61,535 nucleotides of DNA from Kiritimatiellia bacterium (GTDB taxonomy: Bacteria; Verrucomicrobiota; Kiritimatiellia; RFP12; UBA1067). The stretch lies in contig JAWOEI010000109.1 in NCBI GenBank assembly GCA_046482825.1, positions 1 to 61,535 of the forward strand. Direction: 5' to 3'. Shown here piece after piece: positions 20,049 to 29,376 of the stretch (positions are counted from its first letter, which is position 1; each line of letters begins with the position of its first letter). Under the pieces are notes generated by a model. The model worked only from the letters and a program-made list of their open reading frames with translations. It did no database searches and was not told the DNA's origin. The position numbers were made by a program, and so were the translations under genes.

Positions 20049-21065
20049 ATGAAAAAGTATAAGATAGGTTTAGTGGGAATCGGGGCTGTCGGCACCGAGA
20101 TGATCAGAATTTTGCGTCAGCGTGAATTTCCGGCAGAGGAAATCAGGGTTCTGGCAACCCGTGAACGTGATGAAGAGATAGCCGGAGAGACATTTCATGT
20201 TGAAGTGGCATGTCCCGAGGCTTTTGAAGGACTTGACATAGTGCTTTTTGCCGGAACTGAAGGAGCCAAAGGTGCATCCATGCAGCTGGGATGGGAAGCG
20301 GTCAGGCGCGGATGTATCGTTATTGACAACGGTGATGACTTCCGTATGGATGACAGAGTTCCGCTGGTTATTCCGGAGATCAACCCTGACGCGCTGGATA
20401 AACACCGGGGATTTATCGCCAATCCGAATTGCAGCACTATCATTACTCTTATGGGAATTGCGCCGCTGCACAAGGAGGTGCCGCTCAGACACATGACCGC
20501 GGTTACATACCAGTCGGTCAGCGGCAGCGGACGCGGCGCTATTGAAGAGCTGGAACAGCAGGTTCGCGATTATGCGGAGGGCCGTAAGTCTGAGCCCCGG
20601 GCATATCCCTATCAGATAGCGTTTAATGTTCTTCCGCAAATAGGCGGACCGAAACCCGAAATGCCCGGGTTCACCAGTGAAGAAGCGAAAATGACTTTTG
20701 AATCGCGCAAGATTCTCGGTAATCCGGACCTGCGTATTACCTGTACCTGCGCGCGTGTTCCCGTTTTTTATGCCCATTCAGTTGCAGTTCATGCAAGTTT
20801 TGAACAGAAACTTAGCCCTGAGCGGGCTCGTGAAATACTCTCTCAAACGGCGGGAGTTAAAGTGCTTGACGATCTGGCCGCAGCTCAGTATCCGATGCCT
20901 CTCTTTACCGGAGGTGAAGATGATGTGAGCGTAGGCCGTGTACGCAGTGATCCCAGCCTTGAAAACGGATTGGCTCTGTGGTGCTGCGGCGACAACATCC
21001 GCAAGGGTGCTGCGCAGAATGCCGTGCAGATCGCTGAGGAGCTGATTAAACGCGGGCTTGTCTGA
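20049..21065 (+). CDS. asd: Aspartate-semialdehyde dehydrogenase
   Basis: 338 aa. 'GLVGIGAVG', active-site 'NPNCSTI', 'YQSVSGSG'. Confidence 0.95.
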   Translation: MKKYKIGLVGIGAVGTEMIRILRQREFPAEEIRVLATRERDEEIAGETFHVEVACPEAFEGLDIVLFAGTEGAKGASMQLGWEAVRRGCIVIDNGDDFRMDDRVPLVIPEINPDALDKHRGFIANPNCSTIITLMGIAPLHKEVPLRHMTAVTYQSVSGSGRGAIEELEQQVRDYAEGRKSEPRAYPYQIAFNVLPQIGGPKPEMPGFTSEEAKMTFESRKILGNPDLRITCTCARVPVFYAHSVAVHASFEQKLSPERAREILSQTAGVKVLDDLAAAQYPMPLFTGGEDDVSVGRVRSDPSLENGLALWCCGDNIRKGAAQNAVQIAEELIKRGLV

Positions 21066-21348
21066 AAAGGCTGTGGTTTTTCCTGATGCCGAAGGCATGG
21101 AGCATTTGAAGTGCGCAGATCGATCCCGCCTGCGCTTATAAATGTGCGACCCTGCCATGCCACGGTGTAATGCCGCAAACGGCATGAAGACGGGTCGCAT
21201 ATAAGGCCGACCCGGACATATATCTCCGGGTGCGTTGAACCTTTGCAGAATAATAAGCTGAGGGTATCCGCCGCCGTCTCTGCAATTTTATCAGCGGTAA
21301 CAAATTCGCTGAAGACCAGCATATTTGTCTTTATCCGGCAGGCAGGGC

Positions 21349-22341
21349 CTACATCGTCCAGCGGATGGCCATTGCACCCCATGTCAGGCCAGCTCCGAAA
21401 GCGTCGATTACAAGCAGACCGCCTTTTCTGATACGACCCTCCTCCACTGCCTCACACAATGCGATAGGAATGGTTGCGGCGGATGTGTTGCCGTATTTTT
21501 CAATATTGATGAAAACCTGTTCTTTTTTCAGCTTGAGGCGTTTTGTGACTGCGTCGATAATACGTATGTTCGCCTGGTGAGGAATCAGCAGATCAACATC
21601 CTGATTGGTCTGTCCAGCTTTATCGAGAACTTTCAGAGCAGCTTCGTACATACGGCGCACCGCATTTTTAAAGGTTTCATTACCGACCATCCTGATTGCG
21701 CGCGGAGTTGGTGACCCGTCTTCTTCGGTATATTTCCGGCTGCCGCTGTTGGGAAGAACCAGCAGATTCTGCAGAGAACCGTCTCCACCCAGCTCCATGG
21801 AAAGTACGCCGTCTTTCTCATCTTCTGACGCCGTGAATACCGCTGCGCCGGCTCCGTCGCCGAAGAGAACGCAGGTATCCCTGTCTTTCCAGTCAACCAG
21901 AGTGGAATTGACTTCCGATGCGATTACAAGAATGTTTTTCATAAGTCCGGATTTTATCATGGACCATGCAACGCTGGCTCCGTATATAAAGCCGGTGCAG
22001 GCTGCTCCTACATCCATCACGCCTGCATTGACCGCACCTATATTGTCCTGCACAATACAGGCAACCGACGGATAGGATGTGTCACCTGTAGTGGTGCCAA
22101 CAATAATGAGGTCAATTTCCTCCGGTGCCAGTCCGGACATCTCCAGAGCGTTTCTGGCGGCTGCGCTTGCGAAAGAAGAATTGTATTCATTCTCCCCGGC
22201 AATCCGGCGTTCTTTGATGCCGACGCGTTTGGAAATCCATTCATCTGAAGTATCAACCATTTTTTCAAGATCAAAGTTGGTCAGGCGTTTTTCCGGCACG
22301 GCCTTGCCGACACCGATAATCTTTGCTGTAGCATTCTGCAT
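21349..22341 (-). CDS. fabH: Beta-ketoacyl-ACP synthase III
   Basis: 'GVGKAVPEKRLTNFDLEKMVDTSDEWI', active-site 'GAACTGF', 'HQANIRI', 'GNTSAATIP'. I place the start at the internal ATG 22341 (MQNATAKIIG), not the track start at 22437. Confidence 0.9.
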   Translation of the reverse strand: MQNATAKIIGVGKAVPEKRLTNFDLEKMVDTSDEWISKRVGIKERRIAGENEYNSSFASAAARNALEMSGLAPEEIDLIIVGTTTGDTSYPSVACIVQDNIGAVNAGVMDVGAACTGFIYGASVAWSMIKSGLMKNILVIASEVNSTLVDWKDRDTCVLFGDGAGAAVFTASEDEKDGVLSMELGGDGSLQNLLVLPNSGSRKYTEEDGSPTPRAIRMVGNETFKNAVRRMYEAALKVLDKAGQTNQDVDLLIPHQANIRIIDAVTKRLKLKKEQVFINIEKYGNTSAATIPIALCEAVEEGRIRKGGLLVIDAFGAGLTWGAMAIRWTM

Positions 22342-22622
22342 AATAATTCCCTGAATTTGCGGCGCACTTTTTTCTCCGGCGCCTTTTCCTGTTAAAATCA
22401 GGGCACTGATTATAGTAAATTTCGAACAGGACAACAATAGCGCATTTATGTGACTCGGGACAGGGTGAGAGAGTGCCCCTCCCTGCGCCCTGAGGAGATG
22501 CGGACTGCGGATAAATCATCTGTAATATTTCCTTGTTGCATGCGTATCGGTGCTTGAGTTCACATTCAAAATACGCTTTAATTAAGAAACATTTTGTTAA
22601 TTGAAAGATTCAGGAGTTTTAG

Positions 22623-24974
22623 ATGCATAAATCATTGCGTTTGCTGTTGGTTATGTCGGTTTTTGTCTCTTCCATGGCGATGGGAGCTAAAAACACAGTT
22701 AAAGATGTCACTGTCAGGGTGATTGATAAAATCGGTACTGATGCATCGGATGTTCTGACATTCTGCAGTGTCAAGCCCGGTTCCGAGATTTCACAGGAGG
22801 CGATGTCAAAAGATGTACGCGCTCTTCTTGATACGGGACGTTTCGGCTATGCCGGAGTTGAGCTGGAAAAGGTGGATGACGGTGTACGCGTGGTGTATGT
22901 TGTTCGCCGCCGGTATCGTTTCCAGGAACCCCTGACTGTCAAAGGCGCGGATTATTTCAGCGAGCGTAAAATACGCAAACTCGCGGATATGGAAAGCGGT
23001 GATTATATCGATGAGCCGGTGATGTCTGAAAAGGTTGCCGCCATACGAGAGGCCTACATCAAAAAGTTTTTCTCTGACGTCAGAATAGGAGTGAAGATTG
23101 ATCCCATTGAAGACGGAGCAGGCGCGGCCAACGTAATTCTGACCATTGATGAGGGGCAGAGGGTTAAAATCAAGGAGTTCCGTTTTTCCGGTAATCTGTC
23201 GATTGAATCCAGCGAGCTGCGCTCCTCTTTCGGTCAGCGTCCCTGGTACGATCCCCGCGGGTGGTTTACGGATACACCGGTGTCAGCGCAGGATCTGGAG
23301 GATGCCCGCTTGGAAGCTGAAAAAGTTTACCACAACCGCGGGTATCTGGATGCCCAGGTTTCCACTCCTGTCAAGGAAATGGTGGATGAAGACGAGGCCG
23401 CTATGGTTTTTTCGGTCACAGAAGGTGACATCTACACGGTGGAATCAACCGCGGTTAAAGGTGTTAAACTATTCCCTGAAGATGCGGTTGAAGCCGAAAT
23501 TACCCTGAAACCGGATGATGTGGCCAGTCTGGAGGCAATAGAGGCCGCAGCCCGAAGTGTGCGTGATTATTATACAGCCCGCGGTTATATCGATACAAAT
23601 GTGCGCGCTGTGAAAGAGCCTGTTGAAGGCAAGCCCGGACGTCTGGTTGTCACTTTCAACGTGACGGAAGGTTCTCTGGTTTATATCAACAACATACTTA
23701 TACGCGGCAATAATAAAACGAAAGACAAAGTGATACGCCGTGAAATCATGGTTAACCCCGGTGAGGTTATGGACGGGGTTGCTGTCAAGCGCAGCGAAAA
23801 CCGCCTGACGAATCTGGGTTATTTTAAACAGGTCCGCAATTATTCTGAAAAGACAGACAAGGCAGGATCACGTAACCTTGTTTACGAGGTTGAAGAACAG
23901 CGTACGGGAAATTTCATGGTCGGTGCGGGTTTTTCAAGTATCGATAACCTGGTCGGCTTTGCCGAGGTCTCACAGAGTAACTTTGACATCCTTAATTGGC
24001 CGAATTTCACAGGCGGCGGACAGAAGGCCCGTCTGGGGGTGGAAGTTGGTTCGCGCAGGCAGACGGTTGAAGCTTCTGTCACGGAACCTTGGTTTCTGGA
24101 CAGGCCTATCGCACTTACGGTTGAAGGCTATCGCAGGATGCGCTGGTATGACGAATATGACCTGATCCGTAGCGGGGCTTCCGTCGGGCTGTCCTATCCG
24201 ATTAAATTCGGCCGTTTCGGTGTTCGCTATACTCTTGAACTGGTTGAGATGGAGGATGTGGACTCCGGCTTTGATTATGACGAGAAGGGGAACGATATTG
24301 TTCCGGCCAGCTATAATGGCGATGACGGCTATTTCGGCTATATGGAGGATGAATACGGCGATGCGCTTAACAGTGTTGTTCGTCTCTATTGGGCACATGA
24401 TACCCGTGATCATCCCTTTGTTCCGACCCGCGGATACAAAACCACGGTGTTCGGCGAGGCCACCGAGAGTGGCATAGGCGACAACGAGGTGTACTCTATG
24501 GGTGCCGCTTACCGCCGCTGGTATCCCATGCCATGGTTCAAACATGTGCTGAGTCTGCGCGGGCGCTTTCAGACGGTTGAGGCCTATAGCGGAGACGTTC
24601 CGATTTATGAAAAACTTTTTGCTGGCGGTCCCCGTTCTATCCGAGGCTTCGAGTATCGCGATGTCGGCCCCAAGGCGTTTAAAGATAATGAAAAGACGCA
24701 TGCTCCCATAGGCGGCCAGACGCTTGCTCTGGTTTCCGCGGAATATACCATTCCGGTGTTCAAAGCCTTGCGTTTCGCAACTTTTGTTGACGTGGGGTCG
24801 GTCGGAGAGGACCATTTTGATCCCGAGTTTTCCGATATCGCCGCTGCTGCCGGTATAGGTTTCCGCATCGATATCCCCGGGTTCCCCATCAGATTCGATT
24901 TTGCTGAAAGCATCTCCGAAGATGACAGTTATACAGACGATGAAATGTTTTCGTTTTCCATCGGATTTGAATAA
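22623..24974 (+). CDS. bamA: Outer membrane protein assembly factor BamA (Omp85)
   Basis: 783 aa. A signal peptide is followed by POTRA-like repeats ('EGQRVKIKEFRFSGN', 'EGSLVYINNILIRGNNKTKDKVIRREI'). The C-terminal beta-barrel ends '...FSFSIGFE'. Confidence 0.95.
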   Translation: MHKSLRLLLVMSVFVSSMAMGAKNTVKDVTVRVIDKIGTDASDVLTFCSVKPGSEISQEAMSKDVRALLDTGRFGYAGVELEKVDDGVRVVYVVRRRYRFQEPLTVKGADYFSERKIRKLADMESGDYIDEPVMSEKVAAIREAYIKKFFSDVRIGVKIDPIEDGAGAANVILTIDEGQRVKIKEFRFSGNLSIESSELRSSFGQRPWYDPRGWFTDTPVSAQDLEDARLEAEKVYHNRGYLDAQVSTPVKEMVDEDEAAMVFSVTEGDIYTVESTAVKGVKLFPEDAVEAEITLKPDDVASLEAIEAAARSVRDYYTARGYIDTNVRAVKEPVEGKPGRLVVTFNVTEGSLVYINNILIRGNNKTKDKVIRREIMVNPGEVMDGVAVKRSENRLTNLGYFKQVRNYSEKTDKAGSRNLVYEVEEQRTGNFMVGAGFSSIDNLVGFAEVSQSNFDILNWPNFTGGGQKARLGVEVGSRRQTVEASVTEPWFLDRPIALTVEGYRRMRWYDEYDLIRSGASVGLSYPIKFGRFGVRYTLELVEMEDVDSGFDYDEKGNDIVPASYNGDDGYFGYMEDEYGDALNSVVRLYWAHDTRDHPFVPTRGYKTTVFGEATESGIGDNEVYSMGAAYRRWYPMPWFKHVLSLRGRFQTVEAYSGDVPIYEKLFAGGPRSIRGFEYRDVGPKAFKDNEKTHAPIGGQTLALVSAEYTIPVFKALRFATFVDVGSVGEDHFDPEFSDIAAAAGIGFRIDIPGFPIRFDFAESISEDDSYTDDEMFSFSIGFE

Positions 24975-25087
24975 GCCGAAGCTGCTTTCAGCCGCCTGTC
25001 TGCGCCTGCCTGACAGGCAGGCAGGCAAAAGGACTGAAACAAAACAATGTGCGTAAGCGATAAGAATGAAAAAAGAAAGTTGATGAT

Positions 25088-25666
25088 ATGAAAAGAATAC
25101 TTTTAGTATTGGCGGCGGTTTTAACCGCCGGAGTTTTAACTGCTGCAGAAAAAACCGCAGTTGTTAATATGGTCGATCTTGTCCGTTATCATCCTAGCCG
25201 TGAGCGCGACCGCAAACTCATGGAGGAGACGGAGAAGGAATTCCAGGCAAAACTCGATAAACAACGCGACAGATTTGAAGAGTTGCGTGCTGATTATGAA
25301 AAGGTTGTCAAAGAGGCCCGTAATCCCGCATTAAACGATAAAGCCAGGGCTGAAGCTGAAGATAAAGCTATGAAACATCGTGAAGTCTTGGCTCAGGCGG
25401 ATAGAGATCTTCGTGATGAGATGAAAAATCTGCAGGGTGAACTCGGAGATCTTGATGCGCGCCTCCTTCGTCAGGTTACAGGCGATATACGCGAGATCCT
25501 GACCAAATTCGCGGAAGAGAAGAAGTATGATATGGTGCTGGACAGCACCACCATGGCTTACTTCAATCCCGAACTGGATGTCACAGATGATGTTCTGAAA
25601 CGCATGGGAGTTGATCCCGCAGTGCGTAAGCAGGCTGAGAAGCAGAAAGAGGCGGAGAAAGAATAA
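25088..25666 (+). CDS. skp: OmpH/Skp-family periplasmic chaperone
   Basis: 192 aa. It has a signal peptide, a K/E-rich coiled arm, and the canonical position between bamA and lpxD. Confidence 0.8.
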   Translation: MKRILLVLAAVLTAGVLTAAEKTAVVNMVDLVRYHPSRERDRKLMEETEKEFQAKLDKQRDRFEELRADYEKVVKEARNPALNDKARAEAEDKAMKHREVLAQADRDLRDEMKNLQGELGDLDARLLRQVTGDIREILTKFAEEKKYDMVLDSTTMAYFNPELDVTDDVLKRMGVDPAVRKQAEKQKEAEKE

Positions 25667-25834
25667 GCGGATGCGGGTTCAGAGAGCCCGCAAACCGATA
25701 TCTCTCGTATGCGCTCTTCCGGCGGGAAGCAGTTTTCGCATTACGTTTAAGCCGGCATACGCAAGACGTGTTTCGGAATACACCGTTTTTTTTGATATCG
25801 GGCGCTGTGTTGCTTTATTTCAGGCTTGCAGAAT

Positions 25835-25864
25835 GCGCCTCTCGGAGAGGGGCGCGTATTTTTT
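25835..25864 (+). terminator. Rho-independent terminator candidate after skp
   Basis: Stem gcgcctctc / gagaggggcgc with one bulge, followed by 'tatttttt'. Confidence 0.5.
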
Positions 25865-25892
25865 GCTGTACGCAGGTATAAAAGGATAAGTG

Positions 25893-26966
25893 ATGAACGT
25901 CAGAAATATCGCAGACCATATCGGCGGTGTGCTTGCCGGGAATGAATCCGTGGATATAAGGAACATAGCTGATCTTAACGAGGCACGCGAAGGGGATATT
26001 TCCTTTTTCAGAGAAAAAAGATACGCGGCACAGCTGGAGAAAACACAAGCCAGTGCGGTGATTGTTCCGGCAGACTGGGAAGGCGACTGTCCCGCTCCGG
26101 CTGTTATAAAGGTTGCCGATCCCAGCGACGGTTTTATGAAAGTTTCCGCGTTTTTCGCTCCGCCTCCGGTTGTCCATGAGCCTGGAATCCACCCGACCGC
26201 AGTTATCGGTGAGGATGTGTTTATCGGTGACGATGTGTATGTCGGGCCCTGGACTGTTATTGAAAAGGGAGCGGAAATAGGAGCCGGTTCTGTGATTGAG
26301 GCGCAGGTGTTTGTAGGACAGCGCGTTGTTCTGGGCCGCAACTGCCATATCTATCCGCAGGTTACAATTCGCGAGGGATGTCTGCTCGGTGATCGTGTGA
26401 TTCTGCACTCCGGCGTGAGAATAGGCAGTGACGGATACGGGTATAATCCCGTAATCAGTGCGGATGGAAATATTACAATAGAAAAAATCCCCCAGATAGG
26501 TATTGTCGAACTCGGCAACGACGTTGAAATCGGAAGTAACACCACAGTTGACCGGGCACGTGTCGGACGAACCCTTATCGGCAACAGCACTAAAATCGAT
26601 AATCTGGTGCAGATAGGCCATAATGTGCAGGTCGGTGACTACAGCGGCATCATTGCTCAGGCCGGTGTGGCAGGCAGCACCAAAATCGGTTCAGGTTGTA
26701 TAATATGGGCGCAGGCCGGGATTGCCGGTCATCTGAAGGTCGGTGACCGTGGACAGGTGGGACCTGCCAGCGGACTGACAAAAGATTTGCCCGAAGGCGA
26801 ATACTATCTGGGTCTGCCGGCTGTCTCACGACGTGAATTCGCAGCCGCTAAGCTGCTGCCCCGAACAGTTGAAAAGCTCAGGAAGAAAGTTATGGCTCTC
26901 GAAGCCCGCCTGAATGAGCTTGAACAGCCTCGGGATTCGGAAGAGGCATCGACCCCGGCGCCCTGA
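25893..26966 (+). CDS. lpxD: UDP-3-O-acylglucosamine N-acyltransferase
   Basis: ~357 aa. It has a long left-handed beta-helix of hexapeptide repeats ('IGDDVYVGPWTVIEKGAEIGAGSVIE...') and a C-terminal helix. The ATG lies 3 nt inside the track's GTG start. Confidence 0.95.
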   Translation: MNVRNIADHIGGVLAGNESVDIRNIADLNEAREGDISFFREKRYAAQLEKTQASAVIVPADWEGDCPAPAVIKVADPSDGFMKVSAFFAPPPVVHEPGIHPTAVIGEDVFIGDDVYVGPWTVIEKGAEIGAGSVIEAQVFVGQRVVLGRNCHIYPQVTIREGCLLGDRVILHSGVRIGSDGYGYNPVISADGNITIEKIPQIGIVELGNDVEIGSNTTVDRARVGRTLIGNSTKIDNLVQIGHNVQVGDYSGIIAQAGVAGSTKIGSGCIIWAQAGIAGHLKVGDRGQVGPASGLTKDLPEGEYYLGLPAVSRREFAAAKLLPRTVEKLRKKVMALEARLNELEQPRDSEEASTPAP

Positions 26967-27534
26967 TATTACGGGATCTGTGCGCCTAAGCCTTGATGAA
27001 GAAGCATACAGGATGCTTGCGCCGCGCGCGAAAGTATCCGCGACACTCTGACACAATTTTTTGACAACATGTCCCGTAAACTCAGATATATTAATAAGGG
27101 TTCTTGTTCTGATAATATAAATCATTTCACTTTTATGTGTAACTGTATATATAACAAAGCTTTATACAAATCAAATCTCATCTTTTCTCCAGTGTCGGCA
27201 TAGCGGATACCATTCCTTTTCATGAAGTATCCGTGAAATGAAAACGGCTTGGCACGCCATAAGCTGAATACAAACCCGCTGGCTGAGAGACAGCAAATGA
27301 TTGAATAAACAGGTCCGTTTGGCCATAGCATTGTTCACTCAGCCGGGCCAATGAACTAGGGATGCTGTCTTCTGAATGATGCTATGGCCAGTTTTGCCGG
27401 ACATTGCAATTCACAGGAAAGTACTCCCGTATTGCTACAGACCGGCAAGGTGTGTCGTTGGAAAAACACACGGATGCAGGCGTAGAATAGCCGGAAGAAC
27501 GATTACACAGCAGGAATTTAATATGGAGGTGACA

Positions 27535-28965
27535 ATGAGTGACATAAGATTTACAAAACGTATTGCGTTTATATTGGCGGGAGTGGCTGTTTCAACACTC
27601 GGATTGATCAATGCCCATGCGGCAGGTATAGATATCAGGCGCGGTTTTTCAGAGGTGGCCGGAGAAGCCACCGATGCAGTGGTGTATATCAAAGTCGAAA
27701 AAGAAGTTGAAGTCGGCGGATTGCAGAGATACGGAGATTTGTTTGATTTTTTCGGACAGAAATTTCCAAGGCGTCATTCTAATCCTTACAACCGCAGAGG
27801 CGGTGCCCAGACATATAAACAGCGGGGGCAGGGTTCAGGTTTTCTCATAAGCAAAGATGGATATATACTGACGAATACACACGTTGTCGGCGATATGGAT
27901 AAAATTACGGTCAAGCTGGCGGATGGACGCGAATTCGATGCGAAGCGCATAGGTGCTGATTCACGGACAGAAGTGGCATTGATTAAAATTGAAGCCGATG
28001 ATGACCTCCCCTATCTGAATCCCGGTGATGTTGATAAACTGGAAATTGGTGAATGGGTTATAGCTATAGGTACTCCTTTTGGACTCAATAAGACACTTAC
28101 AGTGGGCGTAGTGAGTGCTAAAGGACGCACCAATATCGGAATTACCGATTACGAAGACTTTATACAGACAGATGCAGCTATTAATCCGGGTAACTCCGGC
28201 GGCCCTCTCCTGAACGTGGATGGCGAGGTTGTAGGAATCAATACAGCTATATACAGCCAGAGTGGCGGCTATATGGGAATTGGGTTTGCTGTCCCCATTG
28301 ACATGGCTCTTAGCATAAAAGATCAGCTTGTTTCAAATGGTTATGTTAAAAGAGGTTATATCGGTGTTTATCTGAATCCCGGTGAGGTTACAGAGGCGAT
28401 GGCAGCCCAGTTCGGACATGATGAAGCCAGCGGTATTCTGGTGGCGGATGTGCTGGAAGACGGACCTGCCGATAAAGCGGGAGTGAAGAGCGGCGACATA
28501 ATAATTGAGCTCGAAGGAAAGAAAGTAATAAATAATGCAAGTTTCCGCCGCGATGTGGCACACATTATGCTTAATAGGGAAGCAGAGTTTACAATTGTGC
28601 GTAACGGAAAGCGCAAAACAGTGACAATCAAGGTCGGTCTGCTTCCTGATGAGCAGCAGACGCGGGAGGAGACAGAAGCGGTTCTTGAGAACCTGGGATT
28701 TGAGTTGCAGCCTCTCAGCAAGGATATAGCCGCACAGCTCGGATACAAAAAAGAGACGGGTCTGGTTGTCACAAATGTGATCCCCGGATCAGATGCCGCT
28801 GAGAAAGGCATAAAACCGGGAATGCTGATACTGGAAGTCAACCGCAAGGAGGTTGAAACAATTGAGGATTTTGAGGCAGCGGTGAAAGATTCGAAAGAAG
28901 GTTACATTCTTTTGAGAGTCAAAGCCGGAAATGCGACGATTTTTGTAAGTTTAAATGTTTCATAA
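27535..28965 (+). CDS. htrA: Periplasmic serine endoprotease DegP/HtrA (two PDZ domains)
   Basis: Catalytic triad contexts 'TNTHVV', 'DSRTEVALIK', 'GNSGGPLLN'. Two PDZ-like segments are present. I place the start at ATG 27535, preceded by GGAGG at a 6-nt spacing. The track's 27376 start adds 53 implausible residues. Confidence 0.95.
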   Translation: MSDIRFTKRIAFILAGVAVSTLGLINAHAAGIDIRRGFSEVAGEATDAVVYIKVEKEVEVGGLQRYGDLFDFFGQKFPRRHSNPYNRRGGAQTYKQRGQGSGFLISKDGYILTNTHVVGDMDKITVKLADGREFDAKRIGADSRTEVALIKIEADDDLPYLNPGDVDKLEIGEWVIAIGTPFGLNKTLTVGVVSAKGRTNIGITDYEDFIQTDAAINPGNSGGPLLNVDGEVVGINTAIYSQSGGYMGIGFAVPIDMALSIKDQLVSNGYVKRGYIGVYLNPGEVTEAMAAQFGHDEASGILVADVLEDGPADKAGVKSGDIIIELEGKKVINNASFRRDVAHIMLNREAEFTIVRNGKRKTVTIKVGLLPDEQQTREETEAVLENLGFELQPLSKDIAAQLGYKKETGLVVTNVIPGSDAAEKGIKPGMLILEVNRKEVETIEDFEAAVKDSKEGYILLRVKAGNATIFVSLNVS

Positions 28966-29034
28966 CAACACACATAACACTACACATAAACAACACACAT
29001 AACAAAATAGTACAGACCACTCCTGTCATGCAGT

Positions 29035-29066
29035 GCCGGGGTCGGTAAAACGATCCCGGCCTTTTT
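29035..29066 (+). terminator. Terminator 1 downstream of htrA
   Basis: Imperfect stem gccggggtcg / cgatcccggc, then 'cttttt'. Confidence 0.5.
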
Positions 29067-29134
29067 AAAACGGATTTTTCATAACAACACACATAACACT
29101 ACACATATCATAACATAGACACTCCTGTCATGTA

Positions 29135-29167
29135 CCGGAACCGGGAATTCCCGGTTCCGGATTTTTT
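29135..29167 (+). terminator. Terminator 2 downstream of htrA (strong)
   Basis: Perfect palindrome ccggaaccggg-aatt-cccggttccgg (11-bp stem), followed by 'atttttt'. Confidence 0.8.
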
Positions 29168-29376
29168 ATGGCAAAGCATGTACAGACGTAATATCATAAG
29201 ATTGTCATTAATTATGAATTATGAGCAATGTGGGGGTGTTGGATTTATTATTCTTTTACAGATATTCAAAATTTCGTATTATATGATGAATAAAAGTTGC
29301 AGTTCAGACGGTGATTACAGGTCTGAGGAAATATTGCGTGGTCGGACTGCGCCGGTTTGCGGGACGGATACATTTT

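Larger units (their letters stand above)
28958..29167 (+). repeat. Tandem ~119-nt unit x2: CA-rich box + 'actcctgtcatg' + terminator hairpin
   Basis: 'tttcataacaacacacataacactacacata' occurs at 28958-28988 and again at 29077-29107. Each copy is followed by 'c(c)actcctgtcatg' and a GC hairpin with a T-run. Confidence 0.8.

Noticed and set aside
21140-21240. Nested and mutually exclusive hairpins that looked like a riboswitch or attenuator: tgcgaccc...gggtcgca enclosing atgccg-caaa-cggcat, with an alternative catgcc/ggcatg pairing, plus cccgga...tccggg.
   Set aside because: The region lies between the convergent 3' ends of asd and fabH, so there is no downstream gene to regulate. A bidirectional terminator or RNA-stabilising structure is more likely.
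25004-25022. gcctgcctg-a-caggcaggc hairpin after bamA, and a similar gcctgtc-ggca-gacaggc at about 37367-37384, considered as members of the REP families.
   Set aside because: They lack the GTAG head and share only GC-rich palindromy. With two loose copies I cannot call a family. The first may simply be an intra-operon stem between bamA and skp.
27376-27534. Long N-terminal extensions in the ORF track. Examples are htrA 27376, recJ 29311, rhaB 31196, the acyl-CoA ligase 33530, fabH 22437, lipA 43493, gtrA 42601, HAD 46490, the esterase 37069 and MBL 57482.
   Set aside because: The extensions lack family similarity, often begin at GTG or TTG, and cross repeats or homopolymers. Internal ATGs with SD-like sequences give proteins of canonical length with proper signal peptides or N-terminal motifs.
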